From the NCBI GenBank assembly GCA_043228905.1, contig JBHGNT010000010.1, forward strand, positions 4,650,001-4,714,000: a stretch of DNA of 64,000 nucleotides, given 5' to 3'. Numbering within the stretch: position 1 is the first letter of the stretch; each line of letters begins with the position of its first letter. The notes beneath the pieces were generated by a model, which ran no database searches, was not told the origin of the DNA, and saw only the letters and a program-made list of their open reading frames with translations. Both the position numbers and the translations under genes were made by a program. This document shows positions 12,868 to 26,486 of this stretch, piece after piece. The DNA is from Azolla caroliniana. Taxonomy: Eukaryota; Plantae; Polypodiophyta.

Positions 12868-15060
12868 TTGGTCACATGTGGGAACAAGTTGCCTGTATCT
12901 GCACACAAGAGATTGTACAGTTGCACACATGCTTTTTTCATTTTGGTATGTGCTTTGTTTCAAATTGTTCTAGACCTTTAATTTTGTTTGCTAGAAGTTT
13001 CGCAATATAATTAAAAGGGCTACATGCAGTTCTGTTTCATTCATGGATGATTGCCAAGAGTAGAGTCATTCCAATGAACGCAAGTTCTTCCTGAAACATG
13101 GTTGATGATTCTACTCCTATGCAAGATTTTCCAACGGCATTTTTGAGAACATTTCTCACTTTCATTTTCAATAATGAAGAAAAACTGATGTGTATGAGAT
13201 GGTGCTTGAGCATAGAAGGCCTAGCCAGCCATTAGAGGAGTTAAAAGGGTCCAAATGTAACTGAAGGATTGTTCAAGTCTGAGAAGTATTTGGGTCTGCA
13301 ATGAACTTAAATTGCTCACCTTGATATCTTTTGGAGGCAATGATGGAACCAGTACAAGAGTATTCAGCAAATTATATTAATGCTAGATTTAAGGTGTACG
13401 TAGTTAATAGCCATATTTCCTTAATTTGATTATGCATTCTTCATGCTGAAATAGATTTTAATTTCAGTTTTGAAATTTGAATGTCTCTATCCACCAAATC
13501 AAAGTTTTTTCTATACAAAACCCAACATGGTGGTCTTTGATCATTCTCATATGGTCTTTGACGCAGAATACACAGCCTTTTTGCAAGCATCAACAATGTT
13601 AACGAATCTTGGGTTTTATATATGATGTATATTGTGGTGTTGGAAAAATGAATCTGCTAATAGAACTCGTTTAAAATGCTGTAACAGTGTACTGTACCAT
13701 AGAATCTGGAAGTATTCATTTTTAATTGTGTTATTTTTTTGGCACTTTTTGATCCATCTTTTTTGAGTATATGAAACTTGTCTCTTTGAAATGAAAATTC
13801 AGCTTAAAAACAAGTCTATGAGAGGCAGGCACTTCAGTTATCATATTTTACAGCTTATGCTATTTACAAAATGTTTTTAGGTGATATGATATATTTTAAG
13901 ACTTATCAAGTGTGCCTTGCATAGTGATTGTATAATGTTTAATGTCTTACAATGCAATGCATTGAGGACTTGCAACTTCTGTCAGAAATAGAGATGAAAT
14001 TTGATGCGAGGATATTGATACTTGAAAAACCTTAGTCTCACCATCACATAATGGTTCTCATGTAGGAATAAATCGTTTTCATCTATTTTTTCTTCCCTTA
14101 ACCTACCTGAGAACAAGAGTTCGTATATTTTTGTCCATAAGTTGCTCAAGTTCCAAAGCAAAGCTAATATTTTAGGGTTGCAGTAGAATCCATTGTTTTT
14201 TGTTCACAGAACACAGTAACATCAAAATACAATTTCTATAGCATTATGATAATAATATGTTGCATGCAATTTGAAGGCCATTTCAGGAAGAAACATTTGT
14301 TTAGGATATCTATGTTTGGGACAAAGTCACTATGTTACCAAAACGCCTTATTGTGCTCCTATTCCCAATGATGTAGAACGGTTGGTTGTATCTTCGTTTC
14401 TTAGTTTTTTGTCCAAATAAAAAAGGTCATGGTTGCACCATCTTCAATGAAAATAATCGTGCATTGAAGCTATTTTGAGTGGATTTTATTGTGAAGGGGA
14501 TGAAATTCACAAATTGTTTGGTAGTTCTCGTGGTCAAAAGGGCTGAACAAGAAGCAAAAAAGTGGGGTTGCAAATTTATGACTATACTTCGAAGAGGAAT
14601 TTGAACCTTTGGTATTTCTTCGAATACATTTGTTCTAAATGTCAAAATTTAAACTACTTCAGAAAATGAGGCAACGTTTCCTTTGAGCAAGAAGAACATC
14701 ATATTCCTCTTTCCTTTTTATTAGGTGTGAACATTATTATCATACAAACTTACCCCAAATGGACATATTCTAAAAATAACTTCAATCATAAAGGAAGAAA
14801 CTAACTAACAAGTTTTCTTTAAGGAGAGATTAAGGAGACATTCTGGGTACATAACATAAAGTTACCCAAAATGGAAATATGTTCACAAACTAATGTTGAC
14901 ATAATGATAAACCAACTCAACGAGCACTCTTTTGGGGAGGGACAAAAGAAACAGATTTTGCACATAGCTCTTTAGAGAGGCAGTATGAAAGCTCTTAAGT
15001 GTAGATTAAGTTACATATATGTAATGATGAATTATGGATGTCTTCTTCTTTTCAAATTGA

Positions 15061-15780
15061 TCAAGGGTTGTGAAACCTAGCCTTGATGGATTGTAGTTGA
15101 TGAGGTGTGAGCATGAAGGCCTTGAGGAGCACTTCGTCAAGAATGCCAGGTGAAGTATCAAATAATGACGTCGGTATAACTTGTGTCCCTGGGTTTTGAC
15201 TATTAAGTGACCCAAACAAAATGCCACGTCCCGGGCCAATGTGCACTTGGAAATGTACGAGGCCACGAGGAAAGACCATAATGTCCCCGGGTTCCAATGT
15301 CCGGGCAAACAAGCGGCCATCAGTAGTAACAAAGCCCGAGTAAAAAGTGCCTTGTGCTACCAATGCAAGTTCCGAAGCGCGCGGGTGCAAGTGAGGCGGG
15401 TTGAGGCCACCCGCCTCGAAATCCACACGTACCATCGACATGCCCTGCGTGTTCACACCTGGGAATTCGCGGACGGTGGCCAAGTGTCTCACAATGCCGT
15501 AAGGAGGAGGCATCATCATAAAGGAAGTGGCATTGGGGCCATGCCTAAGCCCCCGGAACACGAAATCCTCGGCTTCTACCAATGCGGCTGGCTTGCACGT
15601 GTGGCCATTCCCGTGGATCGCGGCCGTCACATCAGCCACGCACACGTCTTGCAGGGAATCCTCATCGGCTGCGTGAACCACGAAGATGCGGCCAAAGGAG
15701 GAGCTTAGGAGTAGTAGTACTAGTAGTCCCACACATGCTATGTGTGTATTGATCATCGGTTGTAAGAATGTATTGATCAT
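15061..15780 (-). CDS. Germin-like protein (cupin), intronless, predicted secreted
   Basis: First ATG at 15780 (alternative at 15756). Hydrophobic signal peptide, germin box A LQDVCVAD with second Cys (HTCK), box B GLNPPHLHPRASE and box C VFPRGLVHFQ. All three His and the Glu metal ligands are present. Confidence 0.93.
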   Translation of the reverse strand: MINTFLQPMINTHIACVGLLVLLLLSSSFGRIFVVHAADEDSLQDVCVADVTAAIHGNGHTCKPAALVEAEDFVFRGLRHGPNATSFMMMPPPYGIVRHLATVREFPGVNTQGMSMVRVDFEAGGLNPPHLHPRASELALVAQGTFYSGFVTTDGRLFARTLEPGDIMVFPRGLVHFQVHIGPGRGILFGSLNSQNPGTQVIPTSLFDTSPGILDEVLLKAFMLTPHQLQSIKARFHNP

Positions 15781-15793
15781 TCTCGGCAATGCG

Positions 15794-15832
15794 AAACCTA
15801 AACCTAAACTTAAACCTAAACCCTAAACCCTA
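15794..15832. promoter_or_regulatory. Telo-box / degenerate telomeric repeat cluster just upstream of the GLP start
   Basis: aaacctaaacctaaacttaaacctaaaccctaaacccta includes two AAACCCT units. Confidence 0.55.
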
Positions 15833-18463
15833 TAGGCCCAGTTATGCATGAATCTCCTTCTCAATACACACACACACACACACACACATACACACATATA
15901 TACATGTATAGCATGCCTATACTAAAGCTATGGAAGGTTCCTAACTTGACCCCTGAATGCCAAGTTATATAGGGTAAGCTTCTGTCTAACCCCAAGTACT
16001 GGAAGCACAAACAATTCATTCTATTCCATATGTACACTCCCACTGTTTCTTCTTGTCTCTAAAGAAGGAAGTACATGAAAAGCCTCAATAACAACCAAAA
16101 GAAAGATAATACTAATAATAACAGAGCATTTTTCAGATCACTTTTTTCTTTTACATATAAGGAGCTTACATACACACATACTACACTCTTTATTGATCTT
16201 ATCTTGTCCAATCGTGCCGAAAAAGCTACTTTAGCTCATTATTGCCCAACACTTTCCGTGACTACATCCCTTTGTTTGGCTTTCGTTCTTCCCAACTTGC
16301 ATTTTAAGCAATGTGTCGATATGGTTCAATCAATTAAGTGGCACTTAATCTATGTTTGTGTGTGTGTGTGTGTGTGAGAGAGAGAAAGAGAAATAGAGAC
16401 AATGTGGTTTGATCATAAAACCGAATCCATGGATTGATCTTAGTAAGCACCAAAATGTGTTGGGAGGTCTTCGAAAAGAAGATCAATCCATTTGGCGCAT
16501 CCCTTTGTCACTCGATGTATATCAAGACAAGAAATTGTGGCTTGTTTTTTATATTCCGAGAAGTTAGGCTCTATTTCGGTACTTGGCTTATATACCATAA
16601 GACATACAATGCTACCCACAATGCGCAATATGCCATGAGTTATATGCAAATTCTTGGTCTCCTTAGTGATTATGAATCTTTTTAAGTACTACTTATTCTC
16701 GTAAATGGAAAAAGTATTAGCATCCCACGCAATATGATAGGGATAAGACAAATATTCCCAAAACTATATAAAATGCACTCGAGAATATATTGAATTAGAC
16801 GGTGTGAAGTACTTGTGAAGTATCATCCATATTAAACAAAAATTTTCTGACAATGGATTCTAGAGGATCTAGTTTTTTTCTTTTGTATCATTGCCAAACT
16901 ATAAATTTGGTATACAAACAATTTGCGAATAAAGAAAGGAGGTTATATAGGCATTCAATATAGAAATTAGAGATAATGCACTCATACACTTAACAAAAAA
17001 GAGCATCAATGATGGCTAACATTCTAGCATCTCTCTCACCAAAGCTTCAAATGTGGCATTGTGACTTTAACTTTGCTTCTACTTTCACCTTCCTAAAACC
17101 ATGCTCAACTATTCATTGAGCTAACAACATGTTGCTTTGTTTATCCCATCGTTAAATTTTGTTGTTCAAGTGAAGTGAGAAGTAGATATAGCAAGATATA
17201 CTAAAGTATACTAATAATATCTTGGTTGGAAAAGCAGGAATAGTGCATCCGAGTGCTTATCACTGTCTAGTTAATAAGAGTTTAGTACTATACACAAGGG
17301 CCCATGGTGCTATACAAACTCTAAAGCATATAAATATTGGTCGACCTAACTAAATTGTTTAAATGTATTAATGATATATTTTATATTAACCTGGTTACAT
17401 GATATACCATGTCTCGAATTTTGCTTTCCCTACTTTCCGTAGAAAGAAGCCCTTCAAATAAACAATACCATAGCCTGACACAAGATTGCATAGATTTACG
17501 TGGGATGCCAATGACCTCACAATAAAAATATCTCCTTGGAGAGAGAGCTAAAGAACTCAAATTCTACGAGGCACACAAGTTCACCCAAGAGAAGACTAAG
17601 ATACACCACTCCACAAACCAATAAAATCCATCATTAGGAAGCATTGAAGACTCGAATGAAACCTCCAAGCAAAATAGTAGTAACAAGAATGAGGTGTCTC
17701 ATGGATCCTTGGAGACATAAAGACCAATCTTACTCTCTCTCAACTATCTAATTTTATTTCTCGATTTTCATTTCTAGAAGAAGCAACCAAGGTACAAGAT
17801 GCACATTGGCCTCATTAGAGACAATAGGAAAAGTCTTCTTGTCTTTCTCTTTCTCTTTTACTATAAATATACGCTGTAGCTTGATGCATCACACTCACAT
17901 TCCCCGTTTTATTGGGTGGGATTCAATGAGGTGTCTAAATAAATTCTTAGTCTGAAAGTCCGATGGAATTCATAACTAATGCCTTGGTGGTTCTATTTTC
18001 TTACATAATTTCAGGAGTGGAGACCCTTTCACCCAGTGAGAAATACCCCCACAAAAACAAATGGAGATTGAAGACATGAAATTATAAAAATGGCAAGCAT
18101 TGGATCATGTCACAATATCTCATTGGTATTACACTTGTACATAAAAAAATGAGTTCTGAAATTAATACAATGCAAGCTCATCAGTCTTGCAAATAGAAAC
18201 CCTTCTGGTGTATATACATCATCATGTATGTTTCATGAAAATCTGTCATGTATACCTCAAAACTATTTGAACTATTTCTTTCCCCAGCGTATGAAGAATG
18301 TACCGGGAGGCGTTTTTGTTGGGACACATTTCACAAAAGTGCGGATGTGTGCAATGTATAATTAATAGATGGAAGACATTACCATATTACAGTCTCAAGT
18401 GACTAGTTTACAACACATTTCCTTGATTTAAGGGAAGAACTCGAGATATAAATTGTATTAGAA

Positions 18464-21400
18464 TTATGATATCCTTTGGTCATGGAGAGATGGCTTGAAG
18501 TGTGGCTGCATCAATCTTGAATAAAGTCCATTTTTAGCTACCAAGGTATCATGGCTACCTTGCTCGACAATATGCCCTTCATTAAGCACAACAATCATGT
18601 CAACATGACGCATCATGGCTAATCGGTGAGCGATTAATATTGTTGTTTTATTACCCATGATGAGAGTTTCAAGAGCCTCTTGCACTGCTCTACTAGATTC
18701 TGATTCGAGTGCGGAAATTGATTCATCGAGTAGTAAAATGGGTGCTTTTTTTAGCACAACACGTGCTATTGCAATCCTTTGCTTCTGACCAGAAGTAAGT
18801 TCTAACCCTCTCATTCCAACATGAGTATCATAGCCATGAGGCAAACTGCTGATAAAATGATGTGCATTTGCAGTCCTTGCAGCCTCTTTCATTTCAGCTT
18901 CAGTCGAATTATGGCGTGCATATATTATGTTCTCTCTTATAGAAGTTGAAAACAAAATGGGCTCTTGTTGAACAAGACCCATGTGGTTCCTAAGCCACTT
19001 CAAATTCAAGGACTTAATGTCTTTACCATCCAGAAGAACTTGTCCTGCGAGTGGATCATAGAATCTCTCTATCAAAGCAATGACAGTACTCTTACCAGAT
19101 CCTGAAGCTCCAACAATTGCTACAGTTTGCCCTCCTGTCACCTTCAAATTGAAATTGTCCAACACCATAATTTCAGGTCGAGTTGGATAACTAAACTCGA
19201 TGTTTCTCAGCTCAATTGTTCCATATACATTCTTTAAACAGATTCCTGAAGCTTCATCTGAATCAATCTTAGGTTTGCGATCGATTATTGCAAACACAGA
19301 GATTAGAGACTTGCGTCGTTTTAAGATGTAGGGGGCAAGACCAAAAGGTTCAACCAAAGCAAATGTAGCAAACGAAAATATCATAAATTGCTTCAGAACT
19401 GTAGATAGACTTGCTTGGGATCGTTTCACTAACAAAGCTGCGTACCAAAGGAGAAATGCATTGCTTGCAAAAAGGAGAAACTGAGAGACCCCGAATGCCA
19501 GACCTCTTACTTGGCCACTCAAGTAACTTTGTCTTAAAATCTTTGAAAGATGCCCATCATAGACTTCCATCACTGTCTTCCCGGCAGAAAAAGAGACAAC
19601 TGTGTAGATGTTTCTTACTGCATTTTCCAACACCATACAAGACTTTTTGTGAACCTCTCGTATGTCACCAGCAAATCCTTCAACCCAAAGTTTCTGCAGA
19701 AAAATATGCCAAAGCGGCTTAAATCCCTAGGCCAACAAACAAGGGAATAACTTCTACAAAGATACATATGTTATTTGGACTAACTAATAGATATCATAAT
19801 TTACAAGTACCCTCAACGTAGTGAATGCACGCCATAATTATATTTATAGGCAACCAAAGTCAACTTTAGCATATGATCATTTGACTTTGGCAACATACTA
19901 ATTGCTATACTAGCTCCTACTGTTGATGAAGCTTTGTCTCTTCAATATATGAGACTTGCTCTTTCATACCTACATATAGAAGTTTCTATGTTTCTACAAT
20001 CTTGAGAATATGTAACAGATTAGGGCACCTTCACTGTACATGCATAAAATAATGAATATTACGACATTTTGGAACCAACCTGAGCTATTGCTGCAATTAC
20101 GAGAAACGGAACACAAGCAAGAGCAATCAGAGCAACTCTCCATTGCAGAACAACCCCTAATACAAATGCTACAATCATAGCTGCCGAATCCTGAACAAGT
20201 AATGAAAGGCAGTTGCTAAAAGCAGCTCGTACAAAAGTAGCATCGTTAGCTAACCGCATATTGAGCGAATCTGTAGAGTTCTCTTCCGCATCAAACCAAC
20301 CAACTTCATTTCTCAAGATCGCTGCCATCAAAACAGTAATCTCTATTAGGTGCCCATTAATCACACTATAATTCCCAAATTATGAGCCATAAAGTTCACC
20401 TGAAAACATCAGTCTACGAACCCTTTCTGTCATCTTTTCCCCCATAATTCCAAAGTAGAAGTGCTGAAGAAAATTGGCTATCACTGTTACTACGCTCATT
20501 CCCACTATGACAAGGCACCATTTATTCACTTCTTCCTTTGATCCATCTATTCTATAATTCTGTACGGCTTGAACAATAAAAAAGGCCAGAAGAGGATTGA
20601 AAGAACCAAATATCGCAGCACCCAAACTCCCAAGTATTGCACAAAACCATTCTGGAGAGCTAAGTTTTGCAAGTCGCCACAATGATGGTGGTTGGTTACT
20701 GGCATTTTCTGTGGATTCTTTGGCATTCACACTGGGTTGTATATTTGCTCTGCTAAATATTTGAGAATGAGACCTCTCATTTCTTGGATCAGATGTCAAC
20801 AAGGGAGACATGGGAGACTCTGGACGAGAACGGCTCGAAGAAAGTCTCTGCATTGCCTTAACATTCAGCTTTGATAAAGAGGGCAAGCACATCTCAAAAT
20901 TCTCTTGGTTTCTGTTGACAAAGGAAGGCTTCTCGTCAAGTGAGGTGATGTTGTCGGTTATCAGTTCAGTTGGCGGACTGTACAGCTTTCCTGTCTCCTG
21001 CGTGGCACGGTAATCAAAAGCATGCAATGCATTATCTCCATGCTGAAGGTGCAGCGAAGGAGATTTTAATAGCTCTAGTGGTATCAGCTCTTGATCACCT
21101 TGTAACATTGCAGATTCATGTTTTAAAGGCATAACTGCAGCTCTGGAAGAAACCAATTGTTTTGAAGAATAAAGGTTAGCCCATATGATCATATACAAAA
21201 CACAACATTCTACAAAATTTTAATGAAATTCTAGAGGAAATAGAAAAGTGACATGAGAAGATAAGGCCCTTCTTAAATGAATTATACGGAGATCTTCTAA
21301 ACTATCATCTCACCGTTTTGCTGGTTTAACATCTTCTTCATGCTTGACAAGATCTCGATACAAACCATTGGCATGTAGTAAATTATCATGCGTTCCCAAC

Positions 21401-24400
21401 TCAACAAGCTGACCTTCTTCAAGCACTGCTATTAAATCTGCAGTTCGAACCACCGAGAGGCGTTGAGCTATCACAATAGTTGTGCGACCAAGTGTTAACA
21501 AGTCCAGAGCATCCTGTACACTGGATTCGGCTTCGGCATCAAGAGCCTCTGTGACCTCATCCAACAGTAAAATACATGGATTGTTTAGCACTGCTCTTGC
21601 TATAGCTATCTTCAGCTTTTGATCTTCAGACAAGACAGACACAACCCCACCAACCTGCAATAATGCACAATTCAAGGTGTGTCATTTCCAACTATTATGC
21701 CCATATGTTGCTGATAAAGATAAAGACATATCTACCTGGGTGTCATAAGCTTCAGGAAGAGAGCTTATAAATGTATGTGCACGTGCACTTTTCGCCGCTT
21801 CTTCAACTTCATCCAAACTTGCAGAGCGACCATATAAGATGTTGTCTTTGATGCTTGATGAAAATAAGGCAGGCTCCTGACTAATTAATCCTATTTGGCT
21901 ACGAAGCCATTCTACCTTCAAATTTTTTATGTTCTCTCCATCCAGCATAACTTCACCTAATATATGGTAATGTCTATATTAGAATCTGGAAGCGTTACAA
22001 GAGGGAAATTTTTAACACATCTGGCTATTTACCAAGTGATGGATCGTAAAAACGTTGTATCAGAGGAATAATACTATTCCTTCCAGAGTCTTGCCTTCCA
22101 ACCACTGCAACTGTCTTTCTTGCTGGTATGTTGAGAAAAAATCCACTTAATATAGGTACATCTGGGTGGAACGGATAACTGAAGTAAACATTTCGAAATT
22201 CAACATTCCCCTGGACATTCATCAGATCTTTTCCTTCATTGCCATCAATATGCGGTGAGCTATTAATGATACCAAAGAGCCTGTGTGCTGCAATTCTTCC
22301 TTGTTCGAAGTCATAGAAATTTGTGGCAGCCTGGTTCAAACCTCTGAGAGAAAAAAGAGTACATCATAGGAAACTATTAGTTGACTTCGCAGCAGTCCAA
22401 ACTAGTTGCATTTTGCAGAAACTGGGCACATAAAAGAAGGGCAGTGATACTTACAATCCACTTAAGATTATGGAGAACAATGCAACCACTACATCTCCCC
22501 CATCAGCAAGACCGTTTGACACAAGATGGTGCCCAAACCACAGTTGTAAGGCACATGAACAAATTGCAAGTCCATATGTAAAACCTAGACCAAGCCCTTG
22601 GACTAAGCTAATCTGTACACCATATCGTAATGTGGCTTGTAGTGCATTAGCATAAGAGTATTTGACAAGGGTCTCATTTGTGAAAGCATAGAGTGTCTGA
22701 ATGTAACAAATTGCCTGTTATGATTTCAAACAAAAAAGTTTCCATTAGAAATTTGATTAAAATAGCACAAACACACACAGATATATTATCACCACAAATT
22801 TGTGAAAATTTACAGTCAGGTTACACGCATTCACCAAACAAATAAGATTACCTGAGACAATAAAAATGAAATCATGCATGTTAAATAGAATAATGCATTT
22901 GACAGATGTGCACAGTGAGGTTATCGTGAGTGATGCATAGTACCGGAATATACGCACATGCACAAAGATAGATAGATTTTATATAAGAAGATTCCTTCAC
23001 TTGGTGTATATGTGCCTATAGATTTCTGCAGTGTCAATATGATTCCACTATTTCATGCATACACAGAATATAAAGATAGATATGCACATATGTAACATGC
23101 ATATACTTCTAACTGCAAGCTATCAAATCATATATGTGATCTAGCAGACTTATTTTAAGCACATACTTCATTACATTTTTGTAGGAAAAACTCACTTATC
23201 ATAAATAATCTAAATATCAGCCTTTTTTATAATTGCACCAGTAAGCACTACAATGCATCATACAGACAACCTTGCCTAGGATCTCTAATAAAAACGAATA
23301 AAAAAGGTGGAGAACTACTAATTCACCATAGCCCAACCAGAGCAATGACTGTTTTCACGCCTATTTGATGCTTTTTGAAGTCATTGGAAGTCTTAAAATT
23401 TTGTTAAGTTCCTAGGACCAAATTTATGGAGCTCAAATATATCTATATTTCAAGAAGTTTCAAGAGTAAAATTTGGGCATCAGCGCCGGTACTTATCATA
23501 GATCTAGTATGGATTGTAAAAGATAGATAAGCCATCATTTACAACTCAAAATATGTTAATTTGTAATAATGTATTCTGTCTCATAGAACAGTATAGATCC
23601 TGAAAATCGTTAAAGTTTCTGTGTCATTTCTCTTCTTTTCTTTTTCTTGAAGTGTGTGCATGAGAGAGAGAGAGAGAATGTATGGAATATTATATGGACG
23701 ACTTTGAAAAGCCACAGTGACCCATGACACCAAAAGTTATATCCATGTGAATCAGTAAGAAATCAGCATTAAACCAGTACAAGGGTTTGTAGAATTTGAG
23801 GGGTAATGGGAGGAAACACAGGACTGCACCCAATGGTTGACGAAATCTAATATAATATGTTAGGATTTGAAGAAGCATGCACTATTAAAAACCTCAGAAA
23901 CACTACATACATGCATCCTGCATATTCATTATATATGCCAAAATGAAAATTTCATGTGAGCATATTTATTTCTAATGAACAATGAGAACCTGATCTGCTA
24001 TTGTTGCAGCTTCAGCATATGCATCTTGAATATCTTCTGCAAGTTTGTGTAGAAAGACATTTGAAATGCCACCCGCGGCCACAATAAAGGGTCCAGTTCC
24101 TAAGGTAAGTAGAGCAACTTGCCAACAACTGATAAACCCCACGACAAGACCCCCCAGAAAGGTTGCCATATTATGTACATAATTCCCCACCTGCACATTC
24201 AATCTATCATTTTTCACCTCAGCAGTGAAATATATAAATGTGAAAAGGATTGAATTTTAGATTTTACCTTCTCACTCAAGGTAGACTGTATGAGGGCTAC
24301 ATTGTTCAAAACTTGACTGACAATATCCCCATTGTTTCCATAAGTGTCAAAGAATCCCATATCCTGGTTAAACAAAGCACGTACATAACTAGAGCGTATC

Positions 24401-25308
24401 TGTGCTGTCTGTCTCTCTCCTGTATGGATCCAGCATGATACCTCTGTTTAAAAAGAAAAACAGCTTTTGTAACAAAGTCGATACTGTAAAGAGAAAAAAT
24501 ACATGATTAGCTTATCAGGATTTTTTATTACAAAACAAGATTACCGATCCATCCTGCAAACAAAGAACTCATCGCAACATATATGATGGAGAGTGCATGC
24601 TGCAAAATAACAACCAACACTTATTAGTTATATGCAAACAGTAATACTAAAATATATGATCCCCTCATTTCGTACTTACTCACCCCAGACAGATACTCCA
24701 ATCAAATGTCAGAAGAAGTAAGCTTTTCATGCATACAACAAAAAATTAAATTGATAACTAGAGTGTGTACATTTACATACATGCATGCATACATACATAC
24801 ATACATACATACATAAATCCTAATCCTCATAAATGCACATATATGATAAGAAAATCCTAATCCTCGTAAATGCTTTGATGTTTCAAAACAGAGGTAGCTA
24901 TATTTCGAACAACGTTATTTCCTCAAAAACCAATATATTCACCTGGCTCAACTCATCAAACTGCTGGGAAGAAGTTGAATCCTGTTGATCAAGCATGTTG
25001 ATGATTTTACCAAAGAAATGCAAATATATAGGCAAGGCAGCTCCATGAGCTGCAGCGGCAGTGGTAGCAATGACCATCAAGAACCAATCAAATGGTGTTG
25101 CATAAGCAAATAGCCTGAAGAAAGGAACAGCCGCAGGTGGTATTTCAACCTCATCTTCATCTAGGATTCCATCCTCGTCGATAGGAATGGGCTCTTCTCC
25201 AATATCTAAATATGGAGAAGGAGACTCGGGTGGTTCAGAAACCTCTGAAACAGGAGTCAATGGTTGTACACTCTGAGGCAAGCCAAGCAGACTCCTAGGA
25301 AGCATCAT
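18464..25308 (-). CDS. ABCB20: Full-size ABCB (MDR/P-glycoprotein) transporter of the ABCB6/ABCB20 clade, ~1381 aa
   Basis: 11 exons: 25308-24943, 24599-24545, 24443-24268, 24190-23990, 22714-22455, 22343-22033, 21956-21736, 21654-21314, 21142-20400, 20321-20080, 19693-18464 (4146 nt, in frame). Clade-typical [21 protein letters not shown] and [33 protein letters not shown] layout; NBD2 Walker A is GASGSGKST. Confidence 0.92.
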
Positions 25309-26410
25309 AGTGGCAAACTTCTAAAAGCAGACAGGCCCAAACTGTGGAAAGTCCATGGTATAATTCATTGATTCATCACATGATCCTGATTGTGTGTTAG
25401 CATTATGGTTTTATTCCTTAAATTTTTGCTGGCATTATGTTTTTCTGCAACAACTGCACTGCATCAATCCCATATTGCATCAATCATCTTGCACAACTGC
25501 TGCAAAAGTGGGTTTCATTATTGCATCATAGAATTATCTTTGCACTTCATCGAAGCTAAAATTGTTTTGCATCGCACATTTATCCCGTTTTTACATCATG
25601 ACATTATCCTCTTTTCCTTCAACCATGGTCTATTTGCATCAGAAGATTGTCCGTTTATTCAACAATTCGACTTGCTCTAATCCAAGTCACTGAATTCTCT
25701 ACTTAGGAGAAGGAGAAAAAATATGATTGTAACCTTACAGCAAGATCCTGTGAATGATGTGACAAAACAAGAAGAATCTGCTTTGTTCAAAATTTTGACT
25801 TCAGAGAAAATTAACTGATTTCTTGTATACATGAACTTTCCTCCCTGTCTACCTTGACTAGGGGTAAATTTTGATTGAAGAAAACGGCCCTCACACCACT
25901 TTATTAGACAAAAAAAAAAAAAAAAAGGACAGAGCAGACCTGGCAAGATAAGCCAGAAGCTTCAACTAGTTGTTATAAGACATGGTCTCCAGGAAATCAA
26001 GAGATAACTCTGTGATGTGAGGAAATCAACCATCAATGGGATGGCCCTGTTTTTCTTTTTTTCTTTTTTTTTTACCTCTTGATTCAGGAAGCCAGGGGCA
26101 AAGGAAGAAGAAAAACAATTGGGTGGGTGCAGATGTTTGGGGGGAGGGGGGGGGGGGGGCTTGATGATATGGGCGAGCAGAGGAAAAGATGAGGGAAGAA
26201 ACAGAGAATGGAATGGAATGGTGATTGAGGTGGGGTTATGGGAAACAGAGGAAAGAAAAGGAGAGCAGAAGCAGAGCAGAGCAGTTCAAAGTTTTGAAGC
26301 CTCCTCCATCGCTGACTGATCAAAAAAGCTGCCCCCCCCCCCTCCTCCTCCTTTCTTTCTTCTTTCGTGGAAGCTTTTTGGGGAAGGAAAGGAAGAAGTA
26401 AAGCAGGAAG

Positions 26411-26438
26411 GCACGTGCGGCCCTGCGTCCGCACGTGC
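26411..26438. promoter_or_regulatory. Pair of G-boxes (GCACGTGC) 20 bp apart in the putative ABCB promoter/leader
   Basis: CACGTG at 26412-26417 and 26432-26437, next to a minus-strand pyrimidine-rich leader with a donor at 26075. The last leader acceptor is at 25321-25322. Confidence 0.5.
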
Positions 26439-26486
26439 GCCACATCAGCACATGCTCTTCTTTCCCACGCTCGGGAAGAAGAAGGA

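Noticed and set aside
14280-14720. Exon-like stretches between the SR and GLP genes
   Set aside because: No consistent spliced frame or known motif could be built.
15241-15708. 155-aa plus-strand ORF
   Set aside because: It is the antisense shadow of the GC-rich germin-like CDS.
17400-17950. LTR-like fragment with CTATAAAT; a similar-looking stretch lies at ~27290-27900
   Set aside because: No termini, TSD, PBS or coding motif could be established.
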